NCBI GenBank assembly: GCA_016214035.1
Contig: JACRPF010000011.1
Span: 129,430 to 193,429, forward strand
Origin: Spirochaetota bacterium
GTDB lineage: Bacteria; Spirochaetota; Brachyspiria; Brachyspirales; JACRPF01
DNA: 64,000 nucleotides
Direction: 5' to 3'
Position numbers and translations under genes: made by a program. The notes under the pieces were generated by a model. It saw nothing but the letters and a program-made list of their open reading frames with translations. It was not told where the DNA came from and searched no databases. This document shows, piece after piece, positions 55,976-64,000 of this stretch (its first letter is position 1; every line of letters starts with the position of its first letter).

Positions 55976-57970
55976 TTACTCTGTTTTCCGGGCGTGATAA
56001 TCGGTGAACATGAATTCGCCGGCGCCGTCGGCGGGCAGGACGAGATTGAACCGCAGATGTTTTTTCACTGCTTTGCGCACCGTGAATTCGATCTCCGTCC
56101 GCTTCCAGTCGCTCTCGAGTGTGAACGCCGTTTTCCCGTCGTAATACTCCCAGTCATCCGAGACCTGGAATTCAACGTTCAGCCCCGGCGTGCCTTTGGC
56201 GAGGAACGACATGCGGTATCTGCCGTCGGGAAACTTTTCGTAGTTGAAAGGATAGTAATATATCCTGGCATCACCGGTGAACGTACCGCTCACCGCAATG
56301 ACCCTGCGGCCCGCGGGTCCTTCGACGGGCCCGTCATAGGTGTTCCGTATATCGACGTTGGTCCCGCGTTTGCTCAGACACCAGTATCTCCACGGGTCTA
56401 TGCATTCCGCGGACGGATCGAGTTTCCATTGTTCGACTGCGGTGACAGCGGGGACCGGCGGATCGTTCACGGACAGGAGACGATCGGGTATCATGTAGCG
56501 CAATGTACGGTCGACGGCGGGAGAACTGAATATGGCAGGATCCACCGCGGTGCTTTTCGGCGCGGCGCCGATGCCGGTAATACCGAACGGATGCCAGCCG
56601 CCGGTACAGTAATTCTCTATGGCGAACCGTGCGCTCGGACGCATGCCGCCGTCACGGTCCAGAATCGCGAGCGCCACGATGTAGTCTCCTTTTGCAAGTG
56701 AGGCCGGCAGCGTGACCGTTTGCGCAACACGATATTGTTTCGCGGGTATGTCATAGGCGAACGATGTCTGGCTCCAGCGTTCGCCGGGCAGCCAGTCACG
56801 TACATGTGCATTCGTGAGTACGGTCTGCCACACCGGCTCGCGTGTTGTGGTGTCAAGCAGTGCGAACGCCACCGGCCAGTCGAGATACATCGGTGCGCTG
56901 CCGTCATTGCGTACGGTGAATTGAATATCGAACGGACTTCCGGGCGCCGCCGACGGTGTATATGAGAATTCCTCGATGACAAAGCGATACCCGAACGCTT
57001 TCATTATCTCACCGGCACCGTTAAGCACATCGGCTTTTTTTTCATCGAAATCCGATATCCATCCGAGATAGCTCACATGATACTGCCGTATCATCCCTAT
57101 CATGTACTTACGAAAATCCGGATTCACCATCGTCTCGTCCGGCGTGCGGCCGAACGTCTCGTCGGGTTTGGCGCCCGCGCGGGTCTTCTGCCAGGTATAT
57201 TCCACCTCGCCCTCGATGGGCCCTTTTTTCCAGAGATCGGGATACAGGTACGTCAGCTGCCACGGCGGTTCGCCTTCGGTTTTTCCGGCTGACGGTTCGC
57301 GCCCGAGATAACCGAAGGTGTCATAGTACAAGCCGAAACCCGCGTCCCTGAATTCCGGCGTCGCGTTACGCGTGAGTATGAGTTTGTTCCTGAACGCTTT
57401 GCGGTAGGTGTCGGTGAGCAGCGCCAGCATCTCACGGTTGATATTCGGATTATGCTGTTCACCCCAGAAACCGATAAGCCCCATCTGCACCGCGAACACA
57501 CGCGGGTCGTTGTCCCAGGCCTCGCCGAGTTTTTCGATGAGCCGCACCATGCGCCGCTTGAACGCGGGACTGTCGTAATCGAACGCGTGCATGTCGGCCG
57601 GCCAGTACTGCATGGGCTTGCCGTCTTTCGCCAGTTTCCCGTCCCAGTCGAGATACACGCGCGGCACTATCTTGACATTGAGGTCGCCGTAATTCGTGCC
57701 CTTGTATTGGCAGGTCCTGTTCAAATATGCGGTGATGCGGTCGACCGAATCGTTCTCATATTTTTCAATATCGTTCCATTTTATATAGCGGCGATAGAGC
57801 GTGCAGTACGGTTTTCCGCCGTACCCGTCCGGCCGATATCCTTTGAGCGGATTTTCAATAGCGCCGGTGAACTCCTTCGGCGTCACCGTGATCAGTGATC
57901 CGCCGAAAATATATGGCGCAATCATAAGGCATATCGCCGGAATGCATCGACGCAGTGACTGCATTTTCAT
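55976..57970 (-). CDS. secreted DUF4874/DUF4832-like glycoside-hydrolase-like protein with C-terminal CBM-like module
   Basis: ORF trimmed to ATG 57970, 4 nt after the upstream stop. Signal MKMQSLRRCIPAICLMIAPYIFG. IENPLKGY, GLIGFWGEQH. Ig-like middle domain. The C-terminal jelly roll ends in FMFTDYHARK. Confidence 0.65.
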   Translation of the reverse strand: MKMQSLRRCIPAICLMIAPYIFGGSLITVTPKEFTGAIENPLKGYRPDGYGGKPYCTLYRRYIKWNDIEKYENDSVDRITAYLNRTCQYKGTNYGDLNVKIVPRVYLDWDGKLAKDGKPMQYWPADMHAFDYDSPAFKRRMVRLIEKLGEAWDNDPRVFAVQMGLIGFWGEQHNPNINREMLALLTDTYRKAFRNKLILTRNATPEFRDAGFGLYYDTFGYLGREPSAGKTEGEPPWQLTYLYPDLWKKGPIEGEVEYTWQKTRAGAKPDETFGRTPDETMVNPDFRKYMIGMIRQYHVSYLGWISDFDEKKADVLNGAGEIMKAFGYRFVIEEFSYTPSAAPGSPFDIQFTVRNDGSAPMYLDWPVAFALLDTTTREPVWQTVLTNAHVRDWLPGERWSQTSFAYDIPAKQYRVAQTVTLPASLAKGDYIVALAILDRDGGMRPSARFAIENYCTGGWHPFGITGIGAAPKSTAVDPAIFSSPAVDRTLRYMIPDRLLSVNDPPVPAVTAVEQWKLDPSAECIDPWRYWCLSKRGTNVDIRNTYDGPVEGPAGRRVIAVSGTFTGDARIYYYPFNYEKFPDGRYRMSFLAKGTPGLNVEFQVSDDWEYYDGKTAFTLESDWKRTEIEFTVRKAVKKHLRFNLVLPADGAGEFMFTDYHARKTE

Positions 57971-57974
57971 TTTC

Positions 57975-59792
57975 CTATTTCCCGATCTCGATATCGGCCA
58001 GCGCCAATGAGTTGCCCGCGTCGCAGATGACGGCAAGTCCCACCGGATATGCATCCTTCGCTTTGTCCGTCGGCCGCACCCTGACCTCGATGACTTTTTC
58101 TTCGCCTGCCGCCATCGTCCCGTTGAAATCCTGCGCGTTCGGTCCCGCATTGTCGGTGCCGAGCGCCTCGATGAATCCCGCCGGCCAGAGTTTCACGGAT
58201 ATTTTTTTGTCGCCGGTGTTCTTCGCGACCAGCCGCACGGTGAACGATTCACCGACCGCATGTTTTCCGGCACCGAGAACGGTTACACTCACCGGGCCGC
58301 CGGATTTTTTAAGTTTTCCCGTCACGTCGCCGAGTTCGTAGAATATAGGCATGGGGCGCAGCGCCCAGTTTTTCTCGATGCGGTTAAGCCCGAACATATT
58401 GCCGCGCTCCTGTGCCGTATACCACGCGATGAACTCCGACTGTTTCGCAAGTCCTTCAAGTGCGATGCGTCCCTCGCGCGCTTTTTCATCCTCGTTTTTC
58501 ACACAGCCCGGGCCTTCCTTCCAGCCGCCGCTCTGGAATCCCACCTCGGTTATCCACGCCTCTTTCGGTGCGCCGAACGTTATCGTCGTGTAGATGGCGC
58601 CGTTGTTGCGGTTGACGCAGCCCTCTCCGGTACCGGAATAGGGATGCGTGCAGATGCCGTCAAACCAGTTCGTCCAGCCGTCGCGGAAGAGCTGCGGCAG
58701 CCACTCGGAATATACGAATGCGCCGAGGAACACCCGGCATTTCGGGTCGGCGCGTTTTGCGGCGATGTATGCGTGACGCACGTATTCACGGTATTCCTCG
58801 TACGTGCCCATGAAACCTTCGCTGTAAAGGTCGGGCTCGTTGAGTATCTCCCATACTTTGACGGTGCCTTTTCCCGCTTTCACCGCACCCTCGACGAATC
58901 GTTCCCAGTCGTTCCAGTCCTTCGGCGCCCAATATGAATTCGAAACCTTATATGCACCGAGCTTTTTTTTGATCTCGTCGGATATATCGCGGTCCGGGTC
59001 TTTGCCGCTCGCCCACGACGGCGTACTGCCGAGACAGGCGATGGAATATTCGATGCCATAATATTCGAACAGTTTCATGCGGTCGGTGAAATCGGAATAA
59101 TCGAACTTCCCGCGCTCGGGCTCACTCGTCTTCCAGTTTACCCCCGCACGTGTGCTGTTGATACCCGCGCAGGCGAGGAGCTTGAGCGCCGTGTCCTTCC
59201 AGCGCGGATCGAACCCCGATATTCCGTAGGTCCGGTCGATGGATGTGGCCGCCCAGCGCGTGGGGCCTTTCGGTTTCGTCAGCGCAATGGCTTCCGGCGA
59301 CGGCGTGAACCGCTCGATGCGCAGGTCTTTTATCACGACCTCGCCGGTCATCTTTTTCATGTCGAGCCCCACCTCGAATGTGCGGACGGCGCGGCTCATG
59401 GTGAAGAACTGTTTGAGGATCTTTTCATCCGCCGCCGGCCTGCCGATGGATTCATACAATATCGTCTTGCCTTTTTCGTCGCGGCCCATCACATAGAACA
59501 GCGGCCCTTTTTCCGGAAACGACGCAGCAGCTTTTACCGTTACGATGAAGCTTTCTGTGTCAGCGGGCGTGTAGGTGAATTTCTTTGCCGCATATCCGTT
59601 CACGCCGTTCTCGGCCCGTATCACGGTGCCGTCGCGTGCCTCAATGGTGATGGTGCCGTTCGTCGCTTTCCACGTCACCACCCAATCGGCGGTGTCGGGC
59701 TTGCTCTGATAAAAGACCTCGTCTGCGGCATACAAACTGATTGACAGTACGGCGACTGCGATGCTGAAAATAATGCTTCTATTCCGGCTCAT
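57975..59792 (-). CDS. secreted clan GH-A (GH5/GH39-like) glycoside hydrolase with N-terminal CBM-like and C-terminal Ig-like modules
   Basis: ATG 59792 has GGAG 7 nt upstream. Signal MSRNRSIIFSIAVAVLSISLYA. VWEILNEPD (acid/base), ICTHPY, AWITEVG (nucleophile). Confidence 0.7.
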   Translation of the reverse strand: MSRNRSIIFSIAVAVLSISLYAADEVFYQSKPDTADWVVTWKATNGTITIEARDGTVIRAENGVNGYAAKKFTYTPADTESFIVTVKAAASFPEKGPLFYVMGRDEKGKTILYESIGRPAADEKILKQFFTMSRAVRTFEVGLDMKKMTGEVVIKDLRIERFTPSPEAIALTKPKGPTRWAATSIDRTYGISGFDPRWKDTALKLLACAGINSTRAGVNWKTSEPERGKFDYSDFTDRMKLFEYYGIEYSIACLGSTPSWASGKDPDRDISDEIKKKLGAYKVSNSYWAPKDWNDWERFVEGAVKAGKGTVKVWEILNEPDLYSEGFMGTYEEYREYVRHAYIAAKRADPKCRVFLGAFVYSEWLPQLFRDGWTNWFDGICTHPYSGTGEGCVNRNNGAIYTTITFGAPKEAWITEVGFQSGGWKEGPGCVKNEDEKAREGRIALEGLAKQSEFIAWYTAQERGNMFGLNRIEKNWALRPMPIFYELGDVTGKLKKSGGPVSVTVLGAGKHAVGESFTVRLVAKNTGDKKISVKLWPAGFIEALGTDNAGPNAQDFNGTMAAGEEKVIEVRVRPTDKAKDAYPVGLAVICDAGNSLALADIEIGK

Positions 59793-59826
59793 ACGTGTTC
59801 TCCACTGGTATATATTATCACGCCTG

Positions 59827-61758
59827 TCAGGGCGTCTCAAGCGGTTCTACGAGTATATCATCGATGACAATATCCACCGTTGCGCTTCCGTTCTTCTGCC
59901 CGCGCTCGATGGCGAAGCGCCCCTGCGCCGTGTCCTGATCGGTCTCGATGACGGCCATGATCTTCTGCCAGGTGCCTTTCTGAGAAAGATCATACCGCGA
60001 CGTGTTCGCATTGCCCACCCAGCTCCCGTCGGCGCGGCGCAGTTCCATTTTCAGGTAGGGCGGCTGCATCGTGCATTGATCCACCTTCATCCAGCAGGAG
60101 AAGCGGTAGCGGCTTGCGGGCATGAGCGGGACGATAGTCTCATCGGATGCATAACTCCAGGCGTTTCCCGGCTGCGTACCGCTGACGTGCAGACTTCCCG
60201 GACTGTCTTTACCGGCCTCGTCACGTTTCATCGTCAGCCCTGGCGCCGCCTGCCAGTTGCTCAGTCCCGCCGTGAAATCAACGCGATATGCCGACGCCTG
60301 AACGGCGGATCGTCCGGTGGGGATGGTGACAAGCGTGTATGACCCGTCAGTGTTCAAGCCTTCGATGCCAAGCTGTATTTTTACCGACGGTTCCTGCGGG
60401 TCTGTCATCGCCACCGCAAGCTGATAGTCGCCTGCCGGCAGTTCCGGCGGAACACGAATCACGGAACGGAGCGTTACATTGGTCTCGGGCCACCATTGCG
60501 TTGTGGGCTCGCGCGGATACGACACATCCTCCGCAACCGTTTTACCGGTGCCGTCGCGAAGCGTCCAGCGCAGCGCATACGATTCATAACACGGCGCGCA
60601 TCCCGTGTTCTTCCATGTATGTTCGATGAGCAGTCGCGATGCGGTCTGTTTTCCGGGATAGACGTTCAAAGTCTTACTGCACTTAAGCGATGAAAGCTCG
60701 AACCGGAATCCCAATTTACGCGCGGTGTTGTACATTATCTCCTTGATCTCGGGCCCCGCTTTGCGGAAGCCGTCATATCCCAGCAGGTACACATGATAAT
60801 AACTGATCGGGTCCTGAATGCCGCGGTATACGTTCTTCGCCGGGTCCCAGCCGCGCGTTTTCATCTCGGCAAGACCGCAGAAGAGTTCATAGTTGCAGAT
60901 GATGCGCTGACGGTTATAGGGCTTGAACAATCTCTCGCCGACATTGGCGCTCGGTCCGTCCGGTGTGACGCCGTCCTGCCTGAGGTGAATACCGCGCGTT
61001 ACGGCATAATGATTGATCGGGTCCTTATCTCCCACGTTCAGGAATACACTGGTGCGCGGAAAGGCGCGCGCATATGCGTTCATAAGCCGGCGATACGCAT
61101 TGAAATACCGCGTCTCGGTGAATCCCGTCGCCTCAAGCTGTTCCGGTGTCCATCCGCTCAGATGCATCTCGCCCCACTGGCCGATGCCGCCGATGTCGAT
61201 GAACTCAAGCCCCGCACGGCCGTCCATACAGCGGCCCAATTGCACGACGAACTTTTCCTGCAGCGCAAGATAGGTGTCGTCCCAGAACACCGGTATCAGC
61301 TGCTCTTTCGTATAGATGCCGCTCTGCTTCACCGACGGCACGCCCTTATCGAACACCCATTTCGGCGTAGGATACTGCCGTTTTGAATGTTTGTTCTGCG
61401 ACATGAAGCGGAACGATAATCGCTTGTTCCATTTTTTCACCCACAGGTCGAACAGCGGATCGAGATATTTTTTGAGATCATCCTCGCTGTCGCTGTCAGG
61501 CTGTGCGGCCGCCCAGTCCTCGCGGAAATAGCCGATGTGCATGATATCCCAGAGCCAATCATTGGGAGTGAAATCGGCTTCGTTCGTGGTGCCGAAGAGA
61601 TACAATCCCATGCCGGGATTGTTGAGCGCCTTGTCGGTGAGCGGCGGTTTTATTTCAAGCATCTGCGGTCCGCCGGCATTCGAAGCCGGGTTATCAGCAG
61701 CGAACATCATTGCCGCACATAAAACAGCAATGGCCATTCCATAAAAATATCTTTGCAT
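59827..61758 (-). CDS. secreted DUF4874/DUF4832-like glycoside-hydrolase-like protein with C-terminal CBM4_9-like module
   Basis: ATG 61758 has GGGGAG 6 nt upstream. Signal MQRYFYGMAIAVLCAAMMFA. LNNPGMGLY, DIGGIGQWGEMH. The C-terminal module ends in VIDDILVEP. Confidence 0.65.
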   Translation of the reverse strand: MQRYFYGMAIAVLCAAMMFAADNPASNAGGPQMLEIKPPLTDKALNNPGMGLYLFGTTNEADFTPNDWLWDIMHIGYFREDWAAAQPDSDSEDDLKKYLDPLFDLWVKKWNKRLSFRFMSQNKHSKRQYPTPKWVFDKGVPSVKQSGIYTKEQLIPVFWDDTYLALQEKFVVQLGRCMDGRAGLEFIDIGGIGQWGEMHLSGWTPEQLEATGFTETRYFNAYRRLMNAYARAFPRTSVFLNVGDKDPINHYAVTRGIHLRQDGVTPDGPSANVGERLFKPYNRQRIICNYELFCGLAEMKTRGWDPAKNVYRGIQDPISYYHVYLLGYDGFRKAGPEIKEIMYNTARKLGFRFELSSLKCSKTLNVYPGKQTASRLLIEHTWKNTGCAPCYESYALRWTLRDGTGKTVAEDVSYPREPTTQWWPETNVTLRSVIRVPPELPAGDYQLAVAMTDPQEPSVKIQLGIEGLNTDGSYTLVTIPTGRSAVQASAYRVDFTAGLSNWQAAPGLTMKRDEAGKDSPGSLHVSGTQPGNAWSYASDETIVPLMPASRYRFSCWMKVDQCTMQPPYLKMELRRADGSWVGNANTSRYDLSQKGTWQKIMAVIETDQDTAQGRFAIERGQKNGSATVDIVIDDILVEPLETP

Positions 61759-61784
61759 CCTGTGCTCCCCGTGCATCACACGTC

Positions 61785-64000
61785 TTATTTTACGCTGACC
61801 GGTCCGAGCTCATACCAGCCGCCGGTGCATTTCAGATCGCTCGCTATTTTAATGGAAGGTTTCGTGCCGTCCTGCGGCTGGCGTATGCCGACCGCGAGCG
61901 TATATGTTCCCGGAGTGACCTCTTTGAACAGAATTTTATCAGCCGATGTGATAGGCGTATCCGGTTTCCATGACGAGGGCGCCATTCCCGCCGCGCTGCA
62001 TACCTGCGCAACACTGCCGTCCGCCGCGATGAGCGCGAATGCCGTCGATGCGGGGATGTATATCGGTGCGACACCGCGATTCTCCCACGTGAACGACACC
62101 GCCGCCGGTTTTCCGGCTGTAAATGTTTTCGGATATTTCGCTTCAATGAGCACAAAATGATAGCCGAGTCGATTGGCAAGATTTTCAGTAAGCGCACGTT
62201 CCTTCGTGAGCATGTTCAGACCCGACTTCCCGCCGCGGGAAAGATCGCAGAACGTGGGCATGCCTGTCTCAACACACTCATCGAGACGGTAGCCATGTCC
62301 GCTCTTATCCTTTTTGCCGTACCACCAGCCGAGTTTTTCCATCATCTCATAATTGCCGTAGAACTCGAACACCGCAGGCAGTTTTCCCGCGCAGGCGAGA
62401 ACGTCGCTGCCGTCGCTGTTGCCGCAGATGCCGTCGCGGCGCAGGCCGATTCCGTTGTCGACAGCCCACTGGAGCGCACGTTCGTATTTGCTCATGCCGG
62501 AGCAGACCTGCAGGAGCGTCTTCCTGAACGCATTGCGATGCAGCTTCAAGTGTTCTATGTAGCTGTCAACCGAGATATCCTCGAGTTTGAACGGCGCACT
62601 GAATCCCATGTGTCCCTCGCCCCAGTTGCCGTACGACCGTATATCGATGAAGGCGATATTCGGATTACCGTCATACCGTGCACCCATGGCGCGGATGAAG
62701 TTGCCGAGTTTCTCCATAAAGGCAGGGTCGTCGAAGGTCGGTATTATCTTCTTCCCGGGCGTCCCTGCGGTCTCCATTTTCACGCTGTCAAGCTCATAGC
62801 TCTGGTATTTCGCGCCTGCATCGAACACCCACTTCGGTGTGACCCAGGGATCGCGCGAGTGCGTGCTCGCGTTCATGACGCCGAAAGAGAACTGTTTGCC
62901 TGCGTTCGACCATGCCGCAATATCCTGGTCGATGCGGTCCCAATTATATTCTCCCTCCGCCGGCTCGATGGAACGCCACTCATAGCGTGTATACCCGAGA
63001 CTGCCGATCTCCATGACCTCAGGCGGCTGACCTTTCGGATTGCCGTACAATACCCAGCCCTTGCCCGGATTGACGATGACATTCGTCGTGTGCGCCGGCG
63101 TGAGCGTTACCATGCCGTCCTTCTCTGTGATGAACGGCGTCTTGCGTTCATATGGCACATTCACGAGTCGCGGCGTTTTTTTCGCGCGGTTACCGGTGTC
63201 CATGCTTATCTCCTTTGATGAGAGCGTTGCTCCGGCAATCATCCATATCGCCTGAGCGGCTGTTTTAAAGGAAACCGACTCGACTTCCTGCGGTGTTGCT
63301 CCGATGCGGAACCGTGAGAGAAAAACACACGCGGTAGTCCCTTCGGCAGTGCGCACCTGATAGACCGCTTTTCCATTATCAAAATTTCTCGGGCTCACCC
63401 AGTCGCCCACTTCGCGCAGCGCTACCACATCGTTCGCGATGATTTTTCCGTTCTTGAGTTTGATCGATACCGTGCCGACGATATCTCCTTCGTTTCCGCA
63501 CCAGGCCGTGGAATGGAGCAGATAGAGATATGTCCCTTTGGCATTGGCTTCAGCCGGAACGTTCACCTCGGCGGTATCGACAGCCGCGTTGATGTGCGGG
63601 CTTTTGAAGACAATTATTGAACGGCCTGCATTCTTTGCGGGATCTGCGATACGCATGGTGACACCGCCGAAGTCCGTCTTCGTCACATCGAAGGTGCCGA
63701 AATCGCGCTTATTACCCTGATCGCTCCAGCCGCCTTTACCGTCGCCGGCGGTATCGTCCTTAAATCCCATGTTCGCAAATGCGCTGATATCGAGCGGAAT
63801 ATCAGGTGATGTTGCTGTGGCCGCGTTCTTCACTTCATCCACGGTGGCCTTTGCCCCGAAATCCGCGAATTGAATATTCCCGATCTCCAGTTCCTGCTGC
63901 TTCGTTGCGAGGAGGAATGCAGCCTTGACGTCACCCGCAGCATACGATTCATCCGATGTGAACGGGATCACAAACCGCTTCCAATCGCGTCCGGCGACAA
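61785..64000 (-). CDS. DUF4874/DUF4832-like glycoside-hydrolase-like protein with N-terminal accessory beta-domains, 5' end beyond window
   Basis: The frame stays open upstream of GTG 63971 to base 64000 and no signal peptide is seen. IVNPGKGWV, DIRSYGNWGEGH. C-terminal Ig-like domain (FTWENRGVAPIY). Confidence 0.65.
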   Translation of the reverse strand, partial: VAGRDWKRFVIPFTSDESYAAGDVKAAFLLATKQQELEIGNIQFADFGAKATVDEVKNAATATSPDIPLDISAFANMGFKDDTAGDGKGGWSDQGNKRDFGTFDVTKTDFGGVTMRIADPAKNAGRSIIVFKSPHINAAVDTAEVNVPAEANAKGTYLYLLHSTAWCGNEGDIVGTVSIKLKNGKIIANDVVALREVGDWVSPRNFDNGKAVYQVRTAEGTTACVFLSRFRIGATPQEVESVSFKTAAQAIWMIAGATLSSKEISMDTGNRAKKTPRLVNVPYERKTPFITEKDGMVTLTPAHTTNVIVNPGKGWVLYGNPKGQPPEVMEIGSLGYTRYEWRSIEPAEGEYNWDRIDQDIAAWSNAGKQFSFGVMNASTHSRDPWVTPKWVFDAGAKYQSYELDSVKMETAGTPGKKIIPTFDDPAFMEKLGNFIRAMGARYDGNPNIAFIDIRSYGNWGEGHMGFSAPFKLEDISVDSYIEHLKLHRNAFRKTLLQVCSGMSKYERALQWAVDNGIGLRRDGICGNSDGSDVLACAGKLPAVFEFYGNYEMMEKLGWWYGKKDKSGHGYRLDECVETGMPTFCDLSRGGKSGLNMLTKERALTENLANRLGYHFVLIEAKYPKTFTAGKPAAVSFTWENRGVAPIYIPASTAFALIAADGSVAQVCSAAGMAPSSWKPDTPITSADKILFKEVTPGTYTLAVGIRQPQDGTKPSIKIASDLKCTGGWYELGPVSVK

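Noticed and set aside
57971-58150. Arg-rich 60-aa N-terminal extension of the ORF-track call 55976-58150. Similar extensions occur on 18001-18936, 49086-50000, 57975-59840 and 1479-2336.
   Set aside because: Internal ATGs with SD sequences give canonical signal peptides. The extensions overlap the upstream gene ends, so these genes were trimmed.
62157-63218. 353-aa plus-strand ORF, and similar ones at 55826-56701, 58260-58937 and 60793-61386
   Set aside because: All lie antisense inside the large minus-strand hydrolase-like genes, which have signal peptides, SD sequences and catalytic motifs.

Overview
Gene-dense chromosomal segment with about 56 supported CDS, almost all of the window coding. 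I found no rRNA, tRNA, CRISPR array, transposase or integrase by eye. G+C is high: hand-counted 60-nt lines give 37-38/60 in housekeeping genes.

Lnt, a small OMP beta-barrel and several lipoproteins point to a diderm bacterium. The gene mix (two SpoIID genes, bactofilin, FapA/DUF342, TlyA, a 7TMR-DISM receptor, a Kelch lipoprotein, McsAB) is loosely Spirochaetota-like, but lineage is a low-confidence guess.

Most of the window is housekeeping: folK, map, ilvB, ilvE, queD, tgt, ftsZ, lnt, rsmD, pheT, tlyA, fmt, thrH and dapB. Genes sit in tight co-directional runs, many with overlapping stop and start codons.

No known defence, secretion or mobile system is present. Candidates for something undescribed, in my order of preference:
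- A secreted five-gene minus-strand operon of at least 10 kb (54046-64000, running off the window). It holds three DUF4874/DUF4832-like paralogs and two clan GH-A-like TIM-barrel enzymes, with CBM4_9-like modules in different positions in each protein.
- A translationally coupled unit of polysaccharide deacetylase, DegT-like protein, queD and tgt (14583-17993). The DegT-like protein has Arg where the PLP Schiff-base Lys should be.
- A low-GC islet (about 49.05-50.9 kb) with two tandem Tyr-rich secreted paralogs of no family I recognise.
- A dapB / B12-type radical SAM (Cx4Cx2C) / NTF2-like unit.
- A possibly leaderless HAD-IIA gene coupled to an unusual fusion of a ThiE-N-like domain with a GT4 glycosyltransferase.
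- A 7TMR-DISM-PAS receptor whose output is an RsbW-type serine-kinase domain.

All functional calls come from motif recognition in the supplied translations. No database search was run.
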